Shown here: positions 37,908 through 53,364 of the stretch, piece by piece
Numbering within the stretch: the stretch's first letter is position 1
Layout: every line of letters starts with the position of its first letter
Program-made: the position numbers and the translations under genes
Notes under the pieces: generated by a model
Database searches by the model: none
Told to the model about the DNA's origin: nothing
Seen by the model: the letters and a program-made list of their open reading frames with translations, nothing else
Origin: Octopus sinensis
Lineage: Eukaryota
Direction of reading: 5' to 3'
Assembly (NCBI RefSeq): GCF_006345805.1
Contig: NW_021835470.1
Location: 6,201-70,200, forward strand
DNA: 64,000 bases

Positions 37908-40029
37908 CATACAAATTGTATATATATATATATATATACAAAGTGAGGGAAGGAAAGGCAAGAAATATAGAGTAAGGAAATGACATGTAGAATTAATATA
38001 TTTGTTTCATATGTCTGACGCCATTTTTACTTCCGTTTTGTGTTCGAGATTATAACAAAATTCTTCGGTGTCTTATAGAATGGAACGTTTATTTCCTGTA
38101 CAATTGGAAAATTTACCATGTCACTTAGAATAAATATATCGCCACAGAACACTTGAATTCGTATTTCGGAAAACACAAGCAAGGAAACAATGAAAGGGAC
38201 TGAAGATTAATAACAAACGGGATCAAGAGAATGCAATGGTATGGTTGATAGTCTGAGTTTGGTAATCAATTTTCAATAAAGCCAGACCTGTTGCATCATT
38301 CACTTATTTCAAAGATTTGACTTTCGCAGGTTGAGCAGATAAATATATGAAAGAGTAGTGCTTTCAGAAATCAAACCTTTTCACCTTGTCTTTTTTCTCC
38401 CGCTTTAGAATTGAATTACTTTACTCTGAAAAACAGACCATTCTTGTTCATTATTGTTACATAGAAATCACTTATGTTGTATAGTTCCTGTATTGGTTCA
38501 CAAAGTTAGGTTTATATTACATTTACCTATAAGATTCTGAAGTCGATTCGGTCAACTAAATGTATTGCATTTGAAAATAGTTATTGATTTTTCTTTGTTT
38601 CATGCCGCCTTATGAAACTGATTCCATATTGTCCTTTTGCGAAAAATATAAAGGAAATATTATGATGAATTGATTCTGTATGTGAATGCTAAAGGTGCAT
38701 ATATTTCTGAAATATTTTTTAATTGATTATAATTTCACTTCAGTAACTGCATCTGCTTGGATGCTTTTCAAAACTGGAAAGTTCTGAGCTTTTATAAGAA
38801 TTATTTCAAGCGTTTCTTGGTTATTTATTTAACATGCCTGTGTAAAGAAACAGCAGCCAAAACTTAAAAACAATCACCAGAATTAACTATGTATCTTCAT
38901 AAAAGTGATCATATAATTATCAAAATGCAATTAAAAAGCGTAACGAACAAGCAAGCTGAATTAGATAAAATTAAACACTACAGCTTACTATTATTCACGT
39001 ATTTCAAATTTATGAAAATATAGCTAGAACTGCAGTCTAGATTTGTTAATATTACGTGATGTGTGCAGCAGGAAACAACCATTTAAAATTAGTTACTTCA
39101 ATAGATGCTGGATTAAGGCATTCCACTGAGAGCTTCGTTTACTTTTGACCGTTCCTAATAAAATATGCATTGTCGTTACATGTATAATCCCTATGGCTTA
39201 ATTCAAAAACACAGTTGATAGGAATTCACATGTATTTCTGCAACATGGCATCTAGAAGCAAAATATAAATCCTCTTTTATTTGTCCACTCCTGACATCTT
39301 TCTGGAAAAATCTACAGAATTTTCGGAACGATATTGAGCTTTAGCTGAGAAGTATACAAATAAATAATCTCCATAAGTGCTCCTATGTTTTAAATCCAGA
39401 AACTATTCTTAACTCAGAAATAGGAACCCAGCTTGCATGTGTGTGATATCAATGCAGATTTTACATTAGGAAACACAATCATATATTAAGATTAGGAAGA
39501 TTTCTCAGAAAATATCCTTTGAATAGAAACAATTTCTGCTAAAGCTAACTCTAAATCTCATACTAGCTGTTGATTTTTTACTTGTACATAGGGAGATCTA
39601 ATTATGTTCTCGTGAACGCTTTGTACAATAGAATAATTTCTCAAACTTTAAACAGTTCCGACTCTAAAACGAATATATCAAATTATAAAGAGAGACGTTT
39701 CAATTGAAGTTAACGATGTTTTAAATAATCAATTGACAGTCATTAAATGGACGAATAATGATAATTGCTAATTAAATTTCTGAAATCTAATCGTGTTAGT
39801 CTATTTCTTATTCTCAGGGACACCACAAATTCGTAAATGTTCTGAATCATTTGTAAAACAGGCAGCCACTTCAAGCTTACAAACTGAATATTTTTTTATT
39901 TGAAAAATAAAAGCATAGATGCACCTAATAGGAGAATCTGAAACTCTACACAGTGACTTGGAGAATAAATTAACATAGAAATGTACTTCCAGACATATAT
40001 ATTTCAAATTTACAGAAAACAAATGATGA

Positions 40030-40200
40030 AAACTGGTGAGGAACAACAAGCAGGTATATTAGTTTAACACTCGGGAAGAATGGAGGGGTTTTTGCCGTAT
40101 CGAGCCTACGCTCTTCGATAGAATGGATTGAGAAAGGTGGGAAAAACGGAGATACAATGGAAAAAAACGAGAGAGAAAAAATGCGTATGGATTAATGAAA
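40030..40200 (-). mobile_element. Hammerhead-like short insert, copy B
   Basis: Minus strand CTATCGA-A-GAGC GTAG GCTC-GATAC-GGC. Flanks match copy A (aacaagca...tattagtt...actcgggaa). Confidence 0.5.
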
Positions 40201-43200
40201 TGGCCGTATGCGGGTGTATATGTATCACATTCATTAATGTGGCATATAGAACTGCAGTGTTTCTAAACCTTGCTGGTATACCGTGAATATTAAATATTCT
40301 ATTTTATAAATTTAAGATTAAACCCAGAACTGCCTGGAAATTAAGACTAAATGGTAAAATATCTTTTATAACCCATGAATGCTAGCGATAAAACCAATAT
40401 TTTATTGATATGTTCACTGGTATACGCCATTTATTTCGATAAATAATCATGTGGAAAAATACTAAATTATGAATTTCTCAATTTATTAAGCATATTTACG
40501 TGAGAAACATCAGCTCTCACTCAAGATATTCGGTTTCAGAAAGCGCTACTGTTAATATCAAGAAGACTTATCAAAATTCAAGAAAAGTACAGTTTACATT
40601 ATCATGTTATTTTTCTTTTGCTCTTTTTTCTCTTGTTTTGTTAATTCTTCACTGAATGAACATAGCATCAAAAATATTTGTCATGATCAACTGTCGTTCT
40701 TCTGTGCACCGTATTTTTACGATATGCGATGTGTATCATCTTATTGGGGATCGTAGGCTGTAATTGGAAGGACATTTAATTATTTCTGGTAGCTCGAGAG
40801 ATTGTTTCCCGTCACACTCAGCAGAATAGAAAATTGACGATTTTATCTTCAAGAAGTTATCACATTCTCTTTTGACATTTTTTCGTATAACTCTATAAGT
40901 ATTACTTGTATGAGAAAAAGCCTACGCCAAATATTCCCATCTATCTACCAATAATTCACGTTGTCAAGGAAATACTAAATCTGTTTTATATGCAAGAACT
41001 TGCTTAAATGATATTTTAAAATGACAAATTAAAGAAGAAAAAGTTTAGGCAAAACATGGATATACTACTTAAAAGAACTTTACAAATATTTCCATGTGGT
41101 AGTAAAAATTTAGAGTCAAAAAATTACTTAAGAATCATCATAAAATATCATAATAGTAATACATTAGAATATTACTTTCTTTTGTACAATGTGTCACATT
41201 TTCAGTTGAGTACAGTTGTTTATATCAAAATCAGTGTACAGAACTGGTATGTTATTATAATGAATAAACAGATGAAAGACAAACTCGATCTTGTCCGGAT
41301 TTAATCTCAGTATGTAAAGGGTTGTAACTTAATACCGCTTGACACATTGTCACACTAAAGAGTTTGCCAATCCAACATCTAACCATATGTTATTGCAAAT
41401 GTTTCAACATCCCTGCGCGCGTCAGAATAAATTAGCTGTCGGCAGACTCAAAAAGTATTTCATTGTATTTTGGCACTCCGTATATCACGGAATATCTTGT
41501 TTTTGTCCTAGCCCGAAAGAAGAATTCTTCTCTATGAGTCTTCCAAGAGGAAAACCTAAAATAATAAACACAGCAAAAAAAAAATAACAGATCTAGTTTA
41601 AACGGACCTAACATACATGTTAAAGGCTTAGTACTCTGTTAAAGATGCCGGCTAAATCTCCTCCAGAACACACCTTATGTTGGATGATGTTCCTTAGATA
41701 TGCTAACGGTTGGAGCAGTTTCATAGAGTGATGCTGACAGTTGGAACTCGATCAAGGCAGAAGCTGGAGTTAAATAATTAAGACTTGCTGACCATTTAGG
41801 TATGTGGATGTAAAATGATGACAATTTATTTTAACTGGTGTTAAGCACTGATTATTTCAATTTGTCAACCACTTCAAAAAAGCATAATGCAAGTTATTTT
41901 TTGTTTTATTTAACACTGTCTTTAAAGAAAAAATTAATGATAAAATCTGGACCGGCTCAATTGGTTTAAGAAGCTATATAGAATTTCAAAGAATGTGTTT
42001 CAAATGACTGTCATTTTCTGTGCTTAATTCCAAATTAAATTTGGATTTATCAAGACGTCAGAGACAATAGAAGAAAACGATATTAAAAATAAGAATCAAT
42101 TATGCAGAATAGTGTGATACTTTTTATCCATTCATTTTGGATTTCTTTACAGCCGTACATGTCAACTCTGTTTCTTTTTTTCTAATTTTCTATCAATAAT
42201 TGAATAAATGTGCGTGTATGCATATGTGTGAGAGGTTATGTGTTGTGTGTGAGAAACTAATATTCATGAATCCTGAGAGAGTAGCTTATTGTTCACAGAA
42301 TAACAGCTAGGACAAATCAAGGAGACAAGAAACTCTCAGGAAATTCTATGTTCGTCGGAAAGAACAATAGCTCTTGTGAGAAGAATATCGCAGCTCTGCC
42401 ATTCTGATGTGACACGTACCTAACCTCAGGGCAATCACGTTATTTCTTGGGCAACATACACTGATGCTGCTGCTGATGATGCTGGTAGTGTCACTCATGT
42501 TAGCCGTCATGATGATGATCAAGAGATTACGGTCTTAAATTAGACGAAGCAAATCTTTGAAAAATCCATATTTGTTCATTACTGAAAACTGTGGAAGATC
42601 TATAAATAAATAAAAGAAAAGGAAAGAAGTAGTAGAGCAACAAGAAATGAAAATAAAATAGCCACAGCAAATAAAAGAACAAAAAAACACACAAAGATGG
42701 CAACTGTAAAATAGAAGTTACTATTTTTTTATATTGTTTATTCTGAAGATGTTATTGAATTTTCACAGTTGTGGATTTCAGGAAAATTAAGACCTTGTCT
42801 TTATTAAGCAGACACTCAATTGGTTTGTTAATGCTGAGTAAACAGAGGTTTTAAACCAACAAGAAAACCTGAGAAATGTTTGAATTTAATCGGATTATTG
42901 GAAAGAAAAACAATACACAGAAGAGAATAAAATAAGATGAAAAACAAATAAAGCTTCCACGACCATTACTTTTACTTCTACTAATACTACTGATGCTTAT
43001 TATTACCAAATATAATTGAAATATGAACTGCTACAATACCAAGAACAACCTGGCCATAATTAGTGATAAAATCAACAACAAATAACGCATCACCAATAAT
43101 AATTACAACAACTCTCAAATAGAACACTGCAATCATCATAAAATACAGTAATCTAAATAAGTGCAACGAACGACAGTCTCAACAAAATAGTAATCAGAAA

Positions 43201-43984
43201 AATATGAACATAATTATAATTGTTTTGAAAATGTAAAAATATTGTACGATAATTTGTAAAATACTCCAAGCAAATCAAAAACTAAAAATCAAGGAAAATT
43301 ATAAAACCTACTTTAACAACAGCAATAAGTAAGTAAATGTATTGAAAGTTATTGAGGTTTCCAGGTTTTAAAATTCGTTCTAAAAGCAATAATATGTACT
43401 AACATTAGATAGAAAGGCAAGTAAAAGGTAAATGAAAGGCAAAGAATGAAAGGAAACAAACAAGACAACAAGGAATTTTGAAATCATTCAGTTTGTATTT
43501 GTTGTTTTTATTTTAGTACTTTAATATATTCCATATGGCTTTGAAAGCTGCTGTTTGAAAATGCAAATTAGTTTAGTCACGACAGAAAAGTAGAAAACAG
43601 GAGACGAACAGTTTCACGATACACAAAATAACTCTTAGGCCACGTACTTATCTATAGACTCTATAGTTTAACAGAATTAAGACAGGATCCAATGTGGATC
43701 ACTGTAGATAGATGCACCTCCAGTAAAAATATGACTGCCAAAACTCTCTTAAATACACCAGTTACTTTCTTAAAAGAGGAAAGATGCAATGTGTAACATT
43801 TCCGTACTTGCAATACCTCTAAGACGTATTATAAAACGGTTTGTTCCTGCATTAAATACCACTTGATAAACGCTAAGTTGACACTGTCTACGATTATAGC
43901 TAATACTTCCACTATATTTCTGCAAAGCCTACACTGAGTGTAAACAACTAAGAGATTATTATTACTATCATTATTGATAAGGTG

Positions 43985-44240
43985 GTGAGCTGACTGGACC
44001 GTTAGCATGCTAGGCAATATGCTTAGTGGCATTTTGTCCATCTCTTCGTTCTTATCTTATTTGTGGATTCTTATTCGTTCCACTGGTGTCGAATTTGCCT
44101 TTCATCGTTTTTCGGCGTCGATAATATATGAATTTGTGAAAATATAAACCTGTCAAGTACACTGGTCGATGTAATTGGCTTCCTCATCCACTCCAAAAAA
44201 ACAAAAGAAAAAAAAAAGAATTGCTGGTTCTCCTCAAAAA
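43985..44240 (+). mobile_element. Old Meta-domain SINE
   Basis: gtggtgagctgactggaccgttagc...ggtgtcgaatttgcctttcatcg...cgtcgat...actggtcgatgtaattggct. Confidence 0.6.
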
Positions 44241-44840
44241 TTTGAAACTATTAGTATGAATATTATGATTGCTCTATTACCCCTCAGTCATTACGACTGA
44301 AACTTAAATTGTCTACATTTTTAATCTTTTTTCTAATTTATCTTGAATGACAAACCAGAGAATCGCGGCTAATAAAAAAATTGGGTAATAAGGAAATAAC
44401 GATAATTTATTTGGTTTAATATAAGTTGTAAGTGATTTTTCTGTTTTATGAGTAAAAGTGCTAAAAATGCTAAACTTTTCCAGTTTATCACCACACAGTT
44501 ATTTTTGATCTATTAATTTCTTTTTTTCTTTAGGCTATTCAAGTTATTTTTTAGTATGCATTGAATTTGTGTTCTGTATTTATGTTCTATCTCTTTATTT
44601 ATGATATTCATAAATTGCTAGTAGAACAAGTAATTCTTTAAAAAATATTTCTGCAACAATAGAAGAAACTTTTGATGTAAGGTGCAAATTTTCGTATAAC
44701 CAAATTCACCAGATGCTTTTATCTGGAAATTTTTCTTCTAAATTGTATACTGGATCTTCCATCTGTATTTAGTTTGTTTGTCATCAATTTTTGCCTATAG
44801 TCTCACACTGATATATGCATACATGTGTATATGTATATAT

Positions 44841-45327
<487 letters not shown>

Positions 45328-46498
45328 TATATATATATATACAGAGAGAGAGAGGGAGTGAGAGAGAGAGGGAGAGAGAGAAAAAGGGAAACGGACGCAT
45401 GGAAATGTATGTGATTCGAAATGACCGATGGCACGTCTTTAAGTCTTAGCTAGGCGTTCGCCCACACGGCATACACGCGCATGAGATAGACAGACAGGCT
45501 GAGAGATAGATCGATAGATACACATATGTATGTATGTATATATGTAAGTATCTAGCTATCTGTCTATCTATTTATATATGAGTCTTTAAAATACATCTAA
45601 ATTACAGAGAGTAACCGTTAGCAGCTATGTCTGTTTACGACTGATCATGACAGAAGAATTTGAAAGAGTTTTTTGTCTTTTTCCCATAGAACATTCAGCA
45701 TGCCAACGCTCGTCTCTCTAATTTGATTGTCACTTCCTAATTTTCGTCACATTTCATTTCATTGAAGGAAAACTTGAAATACGCTAAGTAATTTTCACGA
45801 TAATTTCTTCTAAAGGTTTAGGTGATAATTCTATATCAGTTTCCCATACTGTTCCTTGAGATCTTAGACTGAGAAAATTCGATAGAAATTGAATAATTTC
45901 TAAAATGAAGAACCTGATATTTACCAATGATTAATTTTATTTGTCATTAAAAGACGTGTCAGCACGCTTTTTAAATTGAACTTACTTCAAAGCTATTAGC
46001 AAGCAAACCTATCATCATCGTCATTAAAATTACCATTATCCTCATCATGATGAAATTCCTCATCGTCTCCGACATCGATGTTGCCATTCTCAGCTTACAC
46101 ATACACATACAAAGAAATCAACGAAACTTGGGGGTAAGGCGTTCGCTTCCGAATAGCATCACTCAAGTTTAGAACTCACGGCATAATATATTTGACAGTT
46201 TTGTCTCCTCCATGGTTTCCCCGAGTAGAGTAGGGAAATGTGAGTGAAATTTAGATCATGGATCAGAAATTCTTCCTATGTAAATAATAAATGGATCTGA
46301 GGTCGACGTTTGCAAGCAGATGCCACAGTATGACCACAGTTGAATGTCTGATGTAAGGCACGGCTGTGTGATAAGAACTTTGCTTTCTAACCATATGGCT
46401 TTGAGTCTGCGAGGCAACTTGGTTTAGTGTCCTGTCCTATAGCTCCGTAATATAACCTGAAGAGTAGATTAGGTTTACAGAAACGGAATGAAGCTCGT

Positions 46499-46555
<57 letters not shown>

Positions 46556-46558
<3 letters not shown>

Positions 46559-46770
46559 ATCCAAACAAGAAAACACAAAAAAACAAAAAAACACAACAAC
46601 GCGAGGACGTGGAACAAATAAAGTATTATTGGACGCTCAGGAAAGAAGAGAAGAAGGAGGGTTTAACGTTTTGAGCGGAGCTCTTCGTCGGAAACATAGG
46701 AGAAGGAGAGATCCCGAGAAGGGAAGACAGAGGAAACAAAATCGCCAGCGGTACTCACGAGGTCACGGGG
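46556..46770 (-). mobile_element. Hammerhead-like short insert, copy C (related subfamily)
   Basis: Minus strand CCGACGA-A-GAGC TCC GCTC-AAAAC-GTT at 46664-46693; starts at a (TA)n tract. Confidence 0.55.
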
Positions 46771-46974
46771 AGTGTGTTTGAGTGTGTTTCAGTTTGCCCC
46801 TCACAGGCACTCGATAATTGGTGGTGGTTTTTTTACGTACTCCATATAAAGTGACCGATACAGTAACTACTACGTTTAAAAACAAGCACTGCGCACTATT
46901 TCTTCGTCTAAAGACTTATTGTGTATCCCCAACATGGCCAAGGATAATGACTGAAACGAGTAAGGAATAAGATG

Positions 46975-47150
46975 TGTACATGTGGCGTGGCCGTGTGATA
47001 CGGAGTCTGCTTCTCAAACACATGGTTCCAGGTTCAGTCCCACTGCGTGACATCTTGGGTCCCAATGCATGACAGTTTCTACTGTAGCGTCGGGCCGACC
47101 AATTCCTTGCAAATAGATTTGGTAGACGGAAACTGAGGGAAACCTGCCAA
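46975..47150 (-). mobile_element. SINE family A, 5' half
   Basis: catggttccaggttcagtcccactgcgtgacatcttggg...gatttggtagacggaaactga. The motifs read on the plus strand here, so the orientation is uncertain. Confidence 0.5.
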
Positions 47151-47639
47151 TCGGTTGGGTACTTCTCCAGTTTTATGGATGTACATATACAGACAGATAC
47201 ACGCAAGCACACACACACATACATACACGCACACACACATATATATAGAAATAGAGATATAGTTATGCGGTTAAATAAATTAGATACATCAAATATATTA
47301 AATATATTACGTACATTAAATATACACTTCGTGTTTTTCATACACAATCTAATATATTTGTGTCAACAACAAAGATGAGGACAAATATCCGTCAAATCTA
47401 AATAATGTAAATAATGTAATATATTTGATATATTTGATGTATCTCTGCTTATCTGCACAGTTGCCTCTATACCCACACAACTTCGTCCCTCTTATAGCTT
47501 TTCTTTGTTTTGTGGAAGGATCCCTTCCAAAGGCATCGGAGTTCAGGTTTCCATGTTTATGTTTTTATGTTTTCGTTTCTCATTGTGTTCAACGTTTTTT
47601 TATATCCTGTACCCGTATATACATGTATATGCATGTATG

Positions 47640-47661
47640 TAGGTATGTACATATATGTAAG

Positions 47662-47728
<67 letters not shown>

Positions 47729-47952
47729 TATACATATACATATATATATACATATATATACATATATACATATATATATATACATATATATAACATATAT
47801 ATATATATATAGATATATATACATATACATATATATACATATACATATATATATACATACATATATATACATATATATATACATATATATATACATATAT
47901 TTATATATAGATATATATACATATAGACATATATATACATATACATATATAT

Positions 47953-48006
<54 letters not shown>

Positions 48007-48032
48007 ATACATACATATATATATATATATAT

Positions 48033-48060
<28 letters not shown>
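47640..48060. repeat. Long (TA)n/(TACA)n/(TG)n compound microsatellite
   Basis: Read directly; source of the YI-repeat ORFs. Confidence 0.95.
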
Positions 48061-48067
<7 letters not shown>

Positions 48068-48102
48068 GTATTTATGCATGTATGTATGAATGGATGTATA
48101 TA

Positions 48103-48652
48103 CAAGGTTATTCGAAAAGAATGAACCGATTTTATTACGCAATATTCTAATAAGGATAAGCAACAGAAAACTCCAGCAAAGTCAGAAGTATTTACTGACA
48201 ATCAACTCTTATTTCCTGTCTTACGAGTGTTCAATGTGGCCACCACCTGCAGTACGGGCAGCATCAATGCGATAAGAGTATTCATCCAAGACGCGTATCA
48301 GCATATCATGATCCACTAAGATGATCGCTATTGTTATTCTATATTTAAGGTCATCGAGGTTCGCGGGTAACAATGGAATATAAACGCGACCTTTTACATG
48401 TACCCACAAGAAAAAGATCAAACACGGTGAAGTCTAGGATCCTGCAGGCCAAGCAGATACGTGTCCGGGAGGAATTCTCGTATCACATCGATGTTGACCT
48501 TGCTGCAGGTAGTGGTCACATTGAATACTTGTAAGACAAGCAATAAAAGTTGATTGTGAGTAAATACCTTTGACTTAACTGGAGTTTTCTATTGTTTTTC
48601 CATATTAAAATATTGCGAAAGGAAATCGGTTCATTGTTTTTGCAAAACCCAG
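48103..48652. mobile_element. Non-autonomous mariner-like element made of two inverted transposon 3' ends
   Basis: TIRs CAAGGTTATTCGAAAAGAATGAACCGATTT and CTGGGTTTTGCAAAAACAATGAACCGATTT, with TA on both sides. Minus strand encodes FFLWVHVKGRVYIPLLPANLDDLKYRI...RIDAARTAGGGHIEH, and the same C-terminal coding stretch recurs on the plus strand at ~48470-48535. Confidence 0.8.
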
Positions 48653-48659
48653 TATTTGA

Positions 48660-48810
48660 AATTTATAGAAAAACAAAGACAGGTATTGGAAGAACAAGCA
48701 ACTGTATTAGTTTGACGCTCGGGAAAAATGGTATTTTTACGATTCGAGCGTAGGGTCTCCTACAGAAAGGAAGAAGATGAAATAAATAGAGAGAATGAAA
48801 AAAACACACA
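48660..48810 (-). mobile_element. Hammerhead-like short insert, copy D (most decayed)
   Basis: gaacaagcaactgtattagtttgacgctcgggaaaa...ttttacgattcgagcgtagggtctcctacagaaag aligns with copies A and B. Confidence 0.5.
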
Positions 48811-48871
48811 CATACAAAATATAAATACATACATACACACATACATACATACATATATATTTAAGAGCACA

Positions 48872-49195
48872 CATGGCTGTGTGGTACAGGCGCAGGCAAG
48901 GTTGTGTGGTGAGAAGTTGGATTCTCAACCACATGGTTTTGGGTTTCGTTCAACACCACTGCGTAGTACTTTGTGCTAGTCACTTCTAACATAGCCTAGG
49001 GCCGACCAAATCCTTGTCAGTAGATTTGGTGAAAGGAAACAGAAAGAAGCCCATTGTATATATTTATGTATACGTTTAAGTGTACTCCCTACCACCAAGA
49101 ACGGCGTTGGTGTGTTCGCGTCCCCGAAATTATAGTGGTTCAACAAAAGAGATCGATAGAGTAGATACAAGGCTTAAAAGAATATAAATTCCAGG
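48872..49195 (+). mobile_element. Diverged SINE family A
   Basis: atggctgtgtggta...caaccacatggttt...gggccgaccaaatccttgtcagtagatttggt. Confidence 0.65.
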
Positions 49196-49630
49196 ATATA
49201 TTATCTGTTCGATTATCTTTCAAATCGGTGACACACAATGGTCGCAGGCAAGTGTCGAAATACGGCAGTCGAAAAACAGCCAATAATCGATGAAGGGTCG
49301 TTTTTGTGCTGTTTGTCTTATTTTCTACTTGTGTCTTTCATTGTTCGAAAAAATAGTTCATATTCCATGTACTCGTACCTCGTACATTTTTGTTGCACAC
49401 GTTTCGTGAAGTCCTGTGCCCACATATGCCTATGTGTGTGTGTGTTGTGTGTGTATGTGTGTGTGTATATGTATGTATAGATGTAAGTATATACATATAT
49501 ACATACACACACATATATATATATATATATATTATGTATAATATTATATGATTGAACGCAACGCGTTCTCTTCCAAGTAAGTTTTATCTCTCTAACTATC
49601 TATCTATCTGTCTATCTACCTGTATGTATG

Positions 49631-49727
<97 letters not shown>

Positions 49728-50171
49728 GGAGAGAAAGAGAGAGAGACGGACAGATAGATATTGTTAGTATAATAACACGAGTGATGATGAAGAATAGAAG
49801 GATTATTCCTAAATTATTTTTACTGATAGTTAATTCACGAATTTTATGAATATAAAAGACTTTCGAATGGAATTCATCTGGTTTAAAGAACGTGAGGTAC
49901 GAAATATATATCATAACTGATTCAGCCATCACTGCCAAGGTAGCAATGAAAATTATTTTAAAAATGCAATAATTTGGTCGATAACAGAGAGAAATAAAGA
50001 ACATTAAAATAGCATGATGACAGCAATAGAAAATGTGTTGATGGAAATATGTAATTATAACCGCAATGATCATAAAGCCATTATAATAACACCCCACAAA
50101 CTACTACTACCACTACTACAACTACTATTCCTTCTCCTCCTACTACTGCTACTATCATAATAATGTTTCTT

Positions 50172-50362
50172 ACTCAGGCACATTACCAACAATTTTGAGG
50201 TTTGGAATGCATCGACTCCAGTACTCACCTGGTACTTATCTTACCGACCGCAAAAGGTTGAAAGTTGAAGTTGCAGTCGGTGGAATGTGAACTCGGAAGT
50301 TAAGACGAATGAAATGTCGCTAAGTATTTTTTCCGGCGTGCTGACGATTCTGCCAGCGCATC
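50172..50362 (-). mobile_element. Old Meta-domain SINE
   Basis: atcgactccagtactcacctggtacttatcttaccgaccgcaaaagg...gctgacgattctgccagcgc. Confidence 0.65.
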
Positions 50363-50365
50363 ACC

Positions 50366-50420
<55 letters not shown>

Positions 50421-50620
50421 CACCACCACCACCAGCAATAATAGTAATAATATAAGGAACTGTCTTATGCAGGGTAGAGAATAAAAAGAACAGTTGCAGC
50501 TTCAAAGATGAATGGTGCCTGCAAATATCTTTATGGAAATAATAAAAATAACGTATGTATATGTTTGAGTGTCTGTGTGTGTATGTGTACACACTCACAC
50601 ACACACACACACACACACAC

Positions 50621-50682
<62 letters not shown>

Positions 50683-51246
50683 CGTAAGCATGTATTTGTA
50701 TGCACACGTTGTAAATCATCACACCTAATTATATTGAAATTATCTCTATTTTGGCATGCAAGTCTCTAAAAATTTACCACGGAATTTCATTGTTACTTTT
50801 TTGTTAACATTATTCTGCAAAATATAAATCCCGTTTCAATGAATTGTGTTTATCTTGCTTATGCAATTCAGTATATAATACCTAAGATCATTTATACAAA
50901 TACATGCAATAGAAACTCATTAATTGTTACTTTTTTCTGATTATATTTAATAATTTCCTAACATTTCCAGTGCCTAGATAATAATGCTTAACGTTAGTGT
51001 TCAGGTAAAATACACTAGTTGCACAAGCTGCGTTCATGTAGGTAAACAATGAATTATTTTAGATAATGTACAAGTCTTATAACTTCTACCATCATCATCA
51101 TCACCACCACCATCATCATAATCATCGTCATCTTCATAATCATCATTATCGTCCCCATGACCGTCATTTTAGTATAAGATTTAAATTTAAAGAAAAGTGT
51201 GGTTAATGAGTAAAGGACAGATTTAGAGAAAGTATGTTAACGACAT

Positions 51247-51798
51247 ATCTATTATATAAAATTCGTTCTGTCTGTCTGTGTGTGTGTCTTCTAGGGTCTC
51301 GGGCATCCTCCATCCGATTGCACTCAAATTTGATATGTAGATACCGACGGTATCAGGGGGTGTATACGACTTGAAAACAATTACAAAAATCGATTCCAGG
51401 TGAGAATGCGATCGATAAAGCCGTGGGAACGTCCATTTGTACGCGCAAGTACATCAGCTATTGCGATCGATACTATGCGTCCGCGAGAAAAATGCACATG
51501 CAGGTTGTGCAAAAAAAGCCGGCTGGCTTGAATTAATGCCACAAATGCAGTATATTTAAGAGACCAAAAAAGTAAGATGCAAAAGAGATATTTTCTTCAA
51601 ACTTAGCATGAAGGAAGGAAAGACTATTTGGTTTCTCAAGAAGTTTTTTTGTGCCTTAACTTCGTTTAACAAAACCAAAAATTTTATTGAAATAAAGGCA
51701 TGCTTTATTATTTTTTTAGTGAAAAGAAAACAGTGATTGCGTTTTATTCAGCAGATATGATCCAGCACCGTCAATTGGACGAGGGGCGTTTTGCTCGT
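51247..51798 (+). mobile_element. Non-autonomous Helentron-like element (second family)
   Basis: Starts ATCTATTATATAAAA...CTGTCTGTCTGTGTGT...CCGATTGCACTCAAATTTG. Ends with a small hairpin (ccgtcaattggacg) and GCTCGT, a degenerate form of GCTAGT. Confidence 0.55.
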
Positions 51799-52469
51799 AT
51801 ATATATATGTTTATGTATGTGCGTGCATACGTCAAATGAAAATATTGATGTACATTAATAAATAAATGAACAATCATTTCAAAATCTAGTTATGCTATTT
51901 CAATTATTATCGCAGACAACAACATGCACTGAAATTATTCGTAATCAATTCTGTCAGAACGAATTAATATAGCATGGTTTATTGGATAGTAAACAGACGG
52001 CGTAACTACAAAGTTTTTTTATAGGTAAACGCCTAACTCTGAAGCCAAGAGATTCACCTTATTTAAAGATAATGAAGTGTAAGTTTAGATAGTTATACTA
52101 GAAAGTAAATCTTGTTACACTTTATCAAGCTAATATTGAGCAAATAAGACTTCTTTTATGATATTACGAAATTAAGATGCTAAAACAAGTTATAATCTGC
52201 ATGTAAACTTTCAAGGAATTTTTGACAAAAACTGTTGACCCTCGTATGAAGAGCAGTAAAAGTAATTTATACTGAAAAAAAATTAATCAAATTTTCTTGT
52301 TAGAAAATATATATATTTATAAATAAACCCGAAGGCTGTAAATTATGGAGAAGAGCAACACACGTTCCTTTTTAATAATAACTATAATTATATATTATTT
52401 ATGTAATAATGTAAGCTGCATTGCTATATATATGTACACTCATACACACACATATATTCTTTTTCCTAT

Positions 52470-52890
52470 TATCTTTCACTTGTTTCAGCCATTTAACTGC
52501 GTGTATGGTAGGGCACCACCTTGAAATTCTAATCGAATGCATCGACCTCAGAACTTATTTTTTAAAACCTGGTACTTACTTTATCGGTCGCTTATGTCGA
52601 AACAATAATGTTAGAGCGACGTAAATACGCCAGCAGCGATTGTCAGTCGGTCGTGGGCGACAGACACACACACGCATACACACACATATACATACATATA
52701 TATGTATATACACACACATATATATACACACATACATATAAACTTCTTTCAGTTTCCGTCTACCAAATCCAATCACAAGGCTTTGGCCGACCCGCGGCTA
52801 TAGTAGAATACACTTGCCTAAGTCTCCACGTAATGTGACTGAACCCGGGACCATGTGATTGGGAAGCAACGTCTTCCCACGCAATCACAG
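52470..52890 (-). mobile_element. Diverged SINE family A
   Basis: Tail, internal microsatellite and head motifs in family A order on the minus strand. Confidence 0.65.
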
Positions 52891-53364
52891 GATTGAAGAT
52901 GACAACGGCAGTGAATCGATAATGTTTTTTGGGGAAGGGTTCGAATATGAATAAAAAACGACTTTTAATATTCTTAATTAACCTGTTCCGAATAAAAGGA
53001 AATACAAGTTTAATAATGTTACATAATAAAGTGTCAAAAGACTCACACATACAAGGTGATTTTAGTTAATGGGGTTAATATTTTTGAATATTTTTGAGAT
53101 CCTGTTGATGCATGAAAAAAAGCGTATAGTATGTTCATTCAGAAGAGGAAATCTTGAAACACGTGCGCGCGCACACACAGAAACACAAACATGATTTTAA
53201 GATGCCAAACCTCAACATTTTTATAACTGCTTAGAAAATAGATTTCACCTATACGTATTAATGAAATTTGATTTAAAGTATTGCTATTCGTTTAGAAGAT
53301 ATTAAGATTCATCCAGAAGTTATAAGCTACAATAAAGTGATATTTAAAGGATATAAGTGTGGTA

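Noticed and set aside
46455-46500. CTGAAGA-GTA...TAC-A-GAAAC...GTC hammerhead look-alike
   Set aside because: It lies in a decayed family A SINE segment (ccttgtgagtggatttggtagacggaaactgaaagaagcccgtc), has an extra A before GAAA and has no stem I.
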